DNA of 64,000 nt from Anthoceros angustus (lineage: Eukaryota; Plantae; Anthocerotophyta). Below the pieces are notes generated by a model. That model had not been told where the DNA came from. It searched no databases and saw only the letters and a list, made by a program, of their open reading frames with translations. This document shows positions 43,551-54,050 of the stretch, piece after piece; position 1 is the stretch's first letter; the number at the start of each line of letters is the position of its first letter. Where the stretch lies: the NCBI GenBank assembly GCA_010909165.1, contig MU008192.1, positions 1 through 64,000 of the forward strand. The letters are read 5' to 3'. The translations under genes and the position numbers were made by a program.

Positions 43551-44599
43551 CACATAGGGGTGCGCGAAGGTGATGAGTCCTTCGCACTCGAGCCTGCAAG
43601 CATGTTGCCGAATACAAGGTGAAGCTCATCGTCATCCACCAGACAGCGATGATTACCATTGCAAACGCATGCCCCAGTGGCAACTTGCTGAAAACATCCG
43701 CACGAATTATGAAACAGAGCTTTTCAACAAAGAGCACTTGAATGTGGGCTCCCTTGCTCGGCAAAGTTTGCAAGCGCTTATGGAAATAGATCGGATGCTC
43801 CTTTCGTCGCATGTAGGTGGAGTGCAAGACATTACAAGTATGCGGACAAGTTCCTCCCATCGCACTCGTCGATCGCATGACACCCACGGTCGAGAACAAC
43901 GACCAATGGATATAAACTACATTGAAGGAGCAGCAATCGCTTTCGAAGCTACCTCATCCTCATCGGTATGGGTGGAGTGGAGCATGGTGTCGTTCACGCC
44001 TCGCGAACGCGAACGAGCCACCACAACCAGAGCAACAAACAAGGAGGAGGGCAAATTAGTATGAGACATCGGAGAACAAGCGGATGCCTTAGCGTGAATA
44101 TTTCCAGCATTCACGTTGGAGAAGATCTACCTATCAAGTGCGGATCCGACGCCGCTCATTTCGTGACATAAATGTTGCGGCTTTTGCCTTGGTATCGGAA
44201 TCATTTAATGTAGCAACACCACGCTGGAAAACATGGGCACCGCTTAACGAAACCATGGCAAAGCAAGCGGGTGCCAAATTAGGGTTCAAAATGGACACAC
44301 ATCAACGCGGTGGCGATTCATCTGCCGCTTTTAACCCCGCCCGACCTTTTAGGGCTTCAACCTACCGTAATGGAGCGCCCATCACGGCCTACACCGTGTT
44401 CACCAAGCCGAGTTGCGCTCCACTTCCGCAAGCCGTGAGTTGCGCTCCACTTCCGCAAGCCGTGAACGCCGCCGGATTGCGCCGCCCACGCCGCTTGTTC
44501 AGGATTTTTTGTCAATTGCAGCCGCCGTTCCGTGACTTCGTGCGGTGCGTGCATCTCCTTTTGCATTGAGGAGAATGGGTAGTCACCGTAATCAAGCTG

Positions 44600-47500
44600 C
44601 TTCATGCGAGCTATGGCAAGTGGGCGGCGCGGAAGAAGGAATTGGCGGGTGGGAGAAGAAACCCCGCCGCATGTAGACAAACCAAAACGCCAAGAGACCA
44701 AAGGGAAGAAGGCGAGCGACCACGCAAAGGAGCCGTGCGTGGAGTGGATGCACACCAAAGTTCGAGCCGACCGGTGTTCCAATTCGAGCACATTCTTCAA
44801 AACGAGCTGCCGATGTAGCCGCGAACTCTCGTGGATCCGCGGGTCGGCAAAGGTGAAACGAAGGAGGCGAGGGAGGGAAATCGAGATGGCCAAGTCACAA
44901 GCCAGTGCGATTCTAATCCTCACCTTTTACGTTTGAGGAGACTGCTCAATTGCGCAGACACACTAACCGATTGATGAGACAATTCTCCGGAGAAGGACGC
45001 TTGTGACATGAGCGAGAAGAAGACAATGTGGTGTGGACACCCATGCTGAAATTGTGGATTTATGGCCACAATGGTGCTTTGCCGAATCAGAGAGCCTGGG
45101 TATGTGGTCCGGCAACTTTGATAGAAGCGGAAGGAGATCCGGATATTCTCTGGTGACTTCAAAGCCTTATGGGTTTGAAGCTTTTGGGTCGAGACTACGT
45201 GTGTTCGTGTTGAGCATAGCGTCTTGCATAAAAAGTGCGAGCCACGGAACTGCTCTTAAATTCGGAAGCTCTTCGACCAAGGATTGTAAGTGTGTGTCTT
45301 TGGAAGTCATTGATTTTGAAGTTTTGGAACATCATTGCATCCACTTAACACTTTTGCACTTCTAACGCTTGGGCGTAATGCAAGGAATTTTTATCGATGC
45401 TTATGTGAGGTGATTACAAGTTCTATCATCAATCACCGTGAGATGTCTTTAGAAGGACCGTGGGCTATCCGACTATGAATGGAAGGAGATGAGGACGAGG
45501 CAGTATGGACCCTCGGTGAAGAGGATGGCCCTATACCGGGCTTGGCACGGATGACGAAATGTCGGAGGACGGTGATAACTTGAGGGGCGAGATGGAATTT
45601 GCTTCCATAATGCCGGGCATCCATGTGCCCACTATTCCTTCCAATCCAGATGAGGACATGGGTCGCAGGCGGGAATTACTGCGGCAGAGCACATGGAGTT
45701 GGGTACCCACAGGCGGGTTTATATCGGTATGAAGGCATGGGAGGAGAGGAAGGGCGCCCGTGCGCCCTTCCCTCGCGCAGAAGGCGGCATCCAAGTACTA
45801 TGGGATGTGCGAGGGCACTGGGTTAGCTGCATCGGCCAACCAGCCGCCGGTGAACGGAGGGAGGCGCCGCATGCCGCGCCCGCTGGCCTTGGGACGAGAG
45901 GGCGGCATGCCGCGCCCCCGGCCTTGATGGAGGCGCCGCATGCCGCGCCCGCCGCCAGAGGGCGCGCATGCCGCGCCTCTGCCTTGGGACGCAGAGGGAG
46001 GGCGCCGCATGCGCCCCCCGCGAGGGAGGGCGCGCATGCCTCCCGGCCTTGGGAGCAGAGGGCGCCGCGCCGGCCCCGCCAGCCTGGGACACGGAGGGCG
46101 CCGCATGCCGCCCCGTGATGCGTGGAGGCGATCGGAAGTAGTGGGAAGCGAAACGAGTTCGACATATGCCGGGTTTGGGGCAGGTCAACAAATGTGGAGC
46201 CCGAAAGAGATTTGAGAAGGAAGAAAGGTGGCGCAGCAGAGCGGCAGACACATATCCCGACTATGCATGTCGCGATCGACGGGAGAGGCTGGAGGCCTCC
46301 ATTCGTGATGAAGATTATTTATGGAATATCGAAAGATACGGAAGAAAGTGGTTCCTAAAGCTTCTTGAAATTAGAGAATTTAAGGCGCATCCTTTCTTTC
46401 TCCGGATGCATGATTCGGATTGTGGATGAAGCTTGGACCAACCACTGCTCGAGTCATTTCGAAGGTAGAGTGGAGGAAGGTGTCGCCTCTACTATGCATG
46501 ATTGACCCATGAGGCAAACATTCAATCTATAGATGGAATAAGTTTAGAGCCAAGAAGTATGTCATGGGAGTGCTCGTGGCAATCACACCTATGCAATGAA
46601 GCATCCGCGACATATCTCCATCAAGGCCGATACCAATGGATGGAAGCCCATGTGTATTGTGGGCTCACTTTACGAGATGAGGGTTCCGCCACCACCACAA
46701 CACTATGTCCGACAAACGGCGGAAGATGAATTTCATTGAGCAAGTAAGGTACTTATAGATGAGTTGCGATTGCAAAGAGAGATGTCAATATGAGCACGGA
46801 AGTTCAACTGTATAAGGTGCTAGGCTTGATAGATGATGATGAGGCCGAGAGGAGGCGCCGGCATGCCGCGCCTCTGCCTGGGGGCCTGCGAGAGGAGGCG
46901 CGGCATGCCGCGCCCGCTGGCCTTGGGAAGCGGAGGGCGCCGGCATGCCGCCCTCCGCCTTGGGAAGCGGAGGGCGCGCATGCCGGCGCCTCTGGGGACA
47001 CGGAGGGAGGCGCCGCATGCCGCCCTCCGCTGATAGTGGGCGTGTCGGAGTAGTGGGAAGCGCAAAGGAGTTCGACATATGCGGTTTGGGGCAGGTCAAC
47101 AAATGTGGAGCCCGAAGAGATTTGAGAAGGAAGAAAGGCAAGCAGCAGGCGGAGGCAACGACATCCCGACTATGCATGTCGCGATCGACGGGAGAGGCTG
47201 GAGGCCTCCATTCGTGATGAAGATTATTTGCGGAATATCGGAGGCGATACGCGAAGAAAGTGGTTAAAGCAGTTCGAAATTAGAGAATTTAAGGCCTGCA
47301 TCCTTTCTTTCTCCGGATGCATGATTCGGATTGTGGATGAAGCTTGGACCAACTACACTCGAGTCATTTCGAAGGTAGAGTGGAGGAAGGTGTCGCCTCT
47401 ACTATGCATGATTGACCCGGAGTCTGACATTCAATCTATAGATGGATAAGTTTAGAGCCAAGAAGTATGTCATGGGAGTGCTCGTGGCAATCACACCTAT

Positions 47501-49520
47501 GCCGATGAAGCATCCGCGACATATCTCCATCAAGGCCGGATACCAATGGATGGAAGCCCATGTGTATTGTGGGCTCACTTTACGAGATGAGGGTTCGCCA
47601 CCGACCACAACACTATGTCGACAACGGCGGAAGATGAATTTCATTGAGCAAGTAAGGTACTTGCGAGATGAGTTGCGATTGCAAAGAGAGATGGTGTCAA
47701 TATGAGCATGAACGGAAGTTCAACCTATAAGGTGCTAGGCTTGATAGATGATGATGAGGCCGAGAGGATGAGCGATAAGCAAAACAAGGTCGATAATCGC
47801 ACATATCCTTTGCATCGCCAAACCGGAAGGGAGAGTGTGGGAAAATGTTGATAAGATCTTCACGAAGTGGGAGGCCATGGAGTTGCGTAACAAGCCAAAC
47901 ATGTTGTGCGACAAGCAAGAAAAGCAAGGGAAACGGAGGATGAGGCGAAGTCGGTGGACCAAAGTTTTGTGAAGCCAAAAGACATGCAAGGAAGCCTTGG
48001 CGAAGTTTTCGGTATTCCACCGGGTGAGACTGCCAAAAATGTTGATCGATGTCACCGAGAAGGTCTGACAGTCTCATAGACCTCAATGGTATGGCCAAAG
48101 AGATCACTCTTGGAAGAAACTACATGTGATCCAAGTGGCTATGGCGAAGCATCTAGGCTGCAATTCATTCGAGATGGTGAGGAAGGAGTACCTGCACTCA
48201 ACGGATGAAGTCATTGCGATTTCACCGCTTTCAAGGGAAGGTGAGTTTCTTTGTTCTTACCAAGATAGAACTATAGAGGCGCCGCATGCCGCGCCTCCCT
48301 TTCCCTATTGTCCCCGCAATCGACTTTCGGCAACCTCACTTGTTTTGTGTTATTTTGCAGCAAGTTAAAGATGTTGAAGACCAAAAGCTACCAAGATTTC
48401 CGCTTTTATATTAGAGGTCCACACATGGAAAGGGCTGGAGGATGAGCAGAGGGCACTTGCGGACATGGACATGGAGGAAGGGCTGCAATCTTTATTGTGC
48501 CCAAAACAGAGGAGTTAGTGAAGTATCAAGTGGTGCGCAGAGATGTGGCAGAAATGAGAGGGTTTCTGTGGAGTCGGAAGTATACAACGCTGGTGATGGA
48601 TGTCCCTGTGGATTCAACAAGGGAAGTATGATGTCAAACTTGAGCAGCAAATGGCAAACATATTTCATTCCTTCCATGACATGACAATGTGCGACGAGAT
48701 CGAATGATAGTAATGCATGGTGTGGAAGAGCGCATATTGTCGTGAGAGTATGAGGAAGTGGTGTGCGGTGGAGGCATGGTCTCATTTGTTTGGGACAAAA
48801 CTAATATGCACAATGACCAAGGAGGCTTTGACACATGGAGTACATCACATCAGTGGGGTGGGGTGCACGAGCAAGAAGACAAAGGTGTCCATGCCGAATA
48901 CCTTGCGTGGCTCTTTCAATAATGGGCGAGCGGTTATTGCACACGTGGTGAAGAAGTTATTATACATGTCGACAAGTGGTTGTTTCCGTATCGAGGCCAC
49001 GGGTCTAATGATGAAGTTGATCAAGAACTTCCAGAAGGAGATTGGATATTAGATGCGTGGAGTGGAACAACGACATTAGCGGCACTCCTTTGTGGCCGAA
49101 ATTGCATTGTGGAGGTTGACAAACGCCGTGTGTAGTTCATTCCGCAAAGGATTCATGGCTATGAAGTTTTACCGGACGCAGAGGAGGAGAGACCCATGAG
49201 CCACACCGAGGCCCCACCCACCTCGGGCAAAAGAATTGAGCTTGTCCGAGAAGGATGCATCCTGTGCCCGTAGTCCCACTTGGGTTGAGCAGATGAAAGA
49301 GAAGACCGGAGATCTTAGATGATCGCCAAAGAAACCCGCATTGTGGCATCCCGACTATTTGGAGAAGAGCAAGGAGGATGCTCGATATCACGGAAATGCT
49401 ATGGTCGAAATTTGAGGATCCCGAGGATGCTCGACCAAGGACGGAAGTTGTGTTAGATAGCGTGTCGACAATGCCTCCCGAGCCACCCTGCCGAGAATCC
49501 TCCTCAGAGGGAAGAGTCTA
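44600..49520 (+). pseudogene. Cargo gene: ParB/Srx-like domain plus beta-class amino DNA methyltransferase, frameshifted as assembled; 5' end uncertain
   Basis: GNHTYA..AHVYCGL..TDHN..MNFIEQVR (47478-47660); TLVMDVP[C/Y]GFNKG (~48590-48625); FVWDK (~48786-48799); PY[Q]KP-like (~48986); GDWILDAWSGTTTLAALLCGRNCIVEVDKR (~49037-49126). Confidence 0.75.
46130..47765 (+). repeat. Tandem duplication of the ParB-like segment (~46130-46850 and ~47045-47765)
   Basis: Two near-identical blocks, each preceded by a GCATGCCGC-rich spacer. Confidence 0.9.
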
Positions 49521-50059
49521 GTTTAGTTTTGAAAGTACCATAACCCGCATGGTTAGAACTCGCATCGATGCCACCGCTATGCCTCCTTCTTTAACCATGA
49601 GCATTGTTATTCGCTTTGTCAAGGATGACTCGACGGCCGCAAAATATCCGAGAGCTCGTTTCACACCTTTAAGACATCTGTCGGCACCGCATTTAGAGGT
49701 CCGTAATGCACAAATATACCCACATTCGTGTGAAAGGGAACCGCAACCCTGAAGCATTAAACTTGCAGACAACCGGAGTGGATGGGGAACCCGAATCTGG
49801 TCCCGGGTTTTCGAAAGCGGGTTCGTATATTCCGCCGATTCAAATATTATCTTGTTCTGGTATTCACTTGGTGTCTTGTGGTAGGGAAAACCCGGGGCAC
49901 TCCCGAGGTCCTCCCACTATAGCGGCCACACTTATCCCAATCGCCGCTCAGACGCTGGGTTTCGTCCCATGAGACTTGTGTGAAAGTTCGAGGTCTTGTG
50001 ATGCCCGATCACACCGCACAACTCTCGCCTTCTCAACAAGCGCCCACTCTCTACAGCCT

Positions 50060-51420
50060 GCACACACCTAAAATCGCCAACCTCGACCCACAACGACACA
50101 AAACACCATGGTCACCGCAGCAGGAGCCTACCACGGGCGCCTGTGGACCCCCGTTCACACCGCGATTTCGTCCCTACTTAAGACCAAACTCACCACAACG
50201 ACACAACACAATTGCGTCCCGCCTCCAGAGTGCTCACCACGGGCGCCTGTGGACCCCCGTTCACACCGCGATTTCGTCCCTACTTAAGACCAAACTTCAC
50301 CTACAACGACACAACACAATTGCAGGTCCACAGAGCCTACCACGGGCGCCTGTGGACCCCCGGTTCACACCGCGATTTCGTCCCTACTTAAGACTACTCT
50401 TCCACCTGTGAGCTTTACTTGCAGGGATTCGTCCCTTAGGCTCGGTGGCCTTCCACTAACACCTACACCTCTAATCCTCTACTCTCCTCTCCTATGCAAA
50501 TGCACCTTTGCAATCGCCCGAAAATCGCCAATCCTCGACCCACAACGACACAAAACACTGCGGTGTCCCGCCGCAGCGAGGGAGCCTACCACGGGCGCCT
50601 GTGGACCCCCGATCCACACCGCGATTTCGTCCCTACTTAAGACCAAACTTCGACCTACAACGACAACACAATCAGTGTCCTCACAAAGAAGAGCTCACCA
50701 CGGGCGCCTGGGGACCGGTTCACACCGATTTCGTCCCTACTTCTAAGACCAAACGACCTACAACGACACAACACAATGTGTCCTCCAAGAAGAAGAGCCT
50801 ACCACGGGCCTGTGGACCCCCGGTTCACACCGCGATTTCGTCCCTACTTAAGACTACTTCTCCACTCTGTGAGCGCTTACTTGATTTGGGATTCGTCCCT
50901 TAGGCTCGCCTGTGGCCTTCCACTAACACCTACACCTCTAATCCTCTACTCTCCTCTCCTATGCAAATGCACCTTTGCAATCGCCCGAAAATCGCCAATC
51001 CTCGACCCACAACGACACAAAACACTGCGGTGTCCCGCCGCAGCGAGGGAGCCTACCACGCGCCTGTGGACCCCCGATCCACACCGCTGATTTCATTCCC
51101 TACTTAAGACCAAACTTCGACCTACAACGACAACACAATCAGTGTCCTCACAAAGAAGAGCTCACCACGGGCGCCTGGGGACCGGTTCACACCGATTTCG
51201 TCCCTACTTCTAAGACCAAACGACCTACAACGACACAACACAATGTGTCCTCCAAGAAGAAGAGCCTACCACGGGCCTGTGGACCCCCGGTTCACACCGC
51301 GATTTCGTCCCTACTTAAGACTACTTCTCCACTCTGTGAGCGCTTACTTGATTTGGGATTCGTCCCTTAGGCTCATGTGGCCTTCCACTAACACCTACAC
51401 CTCTAATCCTCTACTCATCT
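50060..51420. repeat. Higher-order tandem repeat: ~105-bp monomer x9 in three ~467-bp units
   Basis: Core ccacgggcgcctgtggacccc..cacaccgcgatttcgtccctacttaagac recurs nine times. The ORF track repeats with an offset of 467 (50508 and 50975). Confidence 0.9.
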
Positions 51421-51449
51421 TCTCATCTCCTCATCCTCTTCCTCCTAGT

Positions 51450-52435
51450 CTAACCTCGCCTGGCCACTGCTCGCACAACCTGGGTCCGCCTCCACCAAGT
51501 TCTTCCTTGGGCTTGCTATGAGTTTGACACAGACAATGAGAACCTCCAGGAGTCTTTCTAGTCTACCCTCAAGCCGAGAGTTCTCGGCATTTGCCACACA
51601 CCCAAAGCAAAGCAATTTCACAAAGAACCATTCACAAGGGGAGCAACTCGCTTAGGCACTTGCACGAGCAAGTCCTCCACCAAGCACTCCGACCACCGCG
51701 ACTTCCTCTACTGTGACTGTGTTGGCTCAGACGAAATTCCTCAGAATGGCAAAGGACTCGGTGAGCGTGGAAGCGCAAGACATGATACTTTACTTTGTGA
51801 AAACCTCCTCCTCTTATAGGAGGCCTTCCACATAACCTCCCTTGGGTGACCCTCCAGTCACCTTTTCCAATATTCTATTATTGCCTACCACAAGATTTAA
51901 TGTCCGGCACCTAAGTCTATTGTCCGCATTTCTTGGTAAATCCTATTCTAACCTGGGCTGGCCACTGGCTTCGACCGCCTCACGCACAACTGCCGGCCTC
52001 CACCAAGCAAGTTCTTCCTTGGCTGGTGGAGTTTGACACCACCGAGCGCCACTGTGGAGTCTTTCCCTGGCCTCGATCTCCGAGTGTTCCCTCGGCACGC
52101 CACACACCCAAAGCAAAGCAATTTCACAACAACCATTCACAAGGGGAGCAACTGCCAGGCACTTCGAGCAAGTCCTCCACCAACACCACCGCGACTTCCT
52201 CTCTACTGCACGCTGGCTCACAAATCCTCAGAATGGCAAAGGACTCAAGGAGGGTGGAAGCGCAAGACGTGATACTTTATCTGAAGTCCTCCTCTTACAG
52301 GAGGCCTTCCACATACAACCTCCCTTGGGTGACCCTACCGCAGTCACCTTTTCCAATATTCTATTATTTCCTACCGCCAGATTTAAGGCCCGGCATCTAA
52401 GTCTCATTCGATCCTAGGTAAATTCTATTCTAGCA
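51450..52435. repeat. Two ~500-bp direct repeats, LTR-like
   Basis: The block ccacacacccaaagcaaagcaatttcac...aggaggccttccacata...cggcacctaagtct occurs at ~51590 and ~52100. Confidence 0.8.
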
Positions 52436-52439
52436 ACTT

Positions 52440-54050
52440 CACCTATGGCCACTCTTAATGTTGCCAACCTACACCTATCCTATTATTCCCCAAAGCTCAT
52501 TTATGGTCATTGACAATTCTTAGTCCTTATCTTGCTGGGTGGCGAGTTCCCTTGTGGATTGGTCTTCTCATCCTTTTGCTCCCCCTCCTTCCTGACCCTC
52601 GTCTTTTGGGGCAAGTACCCGCCTTCTTCCCTCTGCGGGCGCCCGATTCCTCTTGCCATCCAGCAATCGCGCCTTCCACTCGAATGGCCCATCTTCTAGC
52701 CTCCACCGACGCCGCTCCTTCAAGGGCACCCTACCGCGTAGTCCGCGACTCATCGGGTAGGTGACTACCTACCATGGTAGTCTGGTCCCTATCTCCTTCC
52801 TCTTCCTCATCGGTGATGGTCCCTGGGTTGAGATCCTTTTGCTCCTTCCTATTGTTTGATTTGTCCATACCTATCATGGAGCATGTCTTCAAAGGTTCCT
52901 CCCCATTTGCCGACCGATGTTGTCACTCTCATAATTCCTCCGGCCTTTTGCGTGGTCTCCTCCTTGGCGGCCCTCCCTTATCCGGTGAGGGAATTTCTCA
53001 CCCTTCTCCTCGACGGGCCACGCCTTGGTCTCCTCCGTGGCATTGCTTCTCAACCACCTTATCATCTATCTTAGGGGCATGTTGGATCCCCCGCCCTTCC
53101 ATCCTCAATCGCCTTCGTGGCTCCCTCGTGTCCCACGCGTAGGTACCGCCTACCGCTGTAGTCCGGCAGACGTGGTAGGTGGTCACTCACCGTGGTAGGG
53201 TGACTCACCTTCCCCTGCGCCATCTCCTTCCTTTGGCGCCGAGGACTCATCCTCCCTTCACTTGTGGAACAAGTGACCTCCTTGCTCCCTGCACTTATGT
53301 TGGTAGGTTGAGCTCCTCTTTGTGATTTTTCATTCTCCTAGGGAGACAACCTCCTCCTTAACATCTCTGTGGGGCCAAAGTACTTGCCTCCCCTACCATC
53401 GCTCCCTCAATAGCACTTGCATCCATTGCCTCCTCGACACCCACGGTAGGCTGCCCCCCTGGTCGCCTCCTCTCGTGGGTGCCTCCACCGTGGTAGGCCT
53501 TCTTCCCTCCCTGCTTCCTTATGGCACTATGGGCTCCTCTCGCCATTTCTTCTCCAAACTCCTCGGAGTCCATATCGCTTGTGACCTCATCAAAATCTAA
53601 GGCCCTGCTTAATGCATGAGGGCCTCCCTATCATCATCGTGTGGCCCAAGCATCCTCCTCTTCACAATTATTGTAGGCCTCCACACACATGCCATCGCCC
53701 AATATTTTTGGCAATGGGTTTACACTCCAAACTACCACCATGCGCTTCATGAGTTGGGGTTTCTTGGCCTTGAAACCCTTCACGGCATCCACACTGCTTC
53801 CTCCGAACCTCCTCATCCTTGCAGCTTGGCTCTTAGCAATCCCATGAGGAGAACAAACACCAAGCTAAGCACCAAGAACACTAAGGACGTCCCTCTTAGA
53901 AGAAATTCACTCTCAAAACCAAGCCAAGGCACACAAGACCCAAGAAATTGGTGCCACAAGAAAAGAGAACACCAAGAGGAGATGGCGGCATCACTCTTAA
54001 GAAGGCACACAGTGAGGGCGCACACAAGCTCTAGCTCACTCCCTCTGCAC
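52440..54050 (-). mobile_element. Possible degenerate LINE ORF1 (DUF4283-like)
   Basis: Weak resemblance only: MKRMVVVWSVNP..GGPHA segments, and an ATL.V.-like ORF2 start near 52460. Confidence 0.25.

Larger units (their letters stand above)
38703..49854. mobile_element. Large TIR DNA transposon with a Sola1-like DDE transposase and ParB-methyltransferase cargo
   Basis: 30-bp TIRs 38703-38732 (caaggtaaaatttgaaccggcggaatatac) and 49825-49854 match at 27/30. The 4-bp flanks are TTGT and TTCT. Transposase and cargo gene both lie inside. Confidence 0.8.

Noticed and set aside
45780-45840. Ulp1-like protease suggested by the 'GHWVSC' motif
   Set aside because: No downstream Q-x-D/N-x-x-x-C-G catalytic motif was found, and the context fits a Tnp1-like domain better.
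37599-49520. Bacterial contamination or a restriction-modification operon
   Set aside because: The MTases are embedded among plant TEs, lie next to intron-containing genes and, for one copy, inside eukaryotic-type TIRs. No restriction enzyme or operon structure is seen.
50060-51420. CRISPR-like repeat-spacer array
   Set aside because: The intervening sequences are themselves repeated, there are no cas genes and the context is eukaryotic. It is a tandem satellite.
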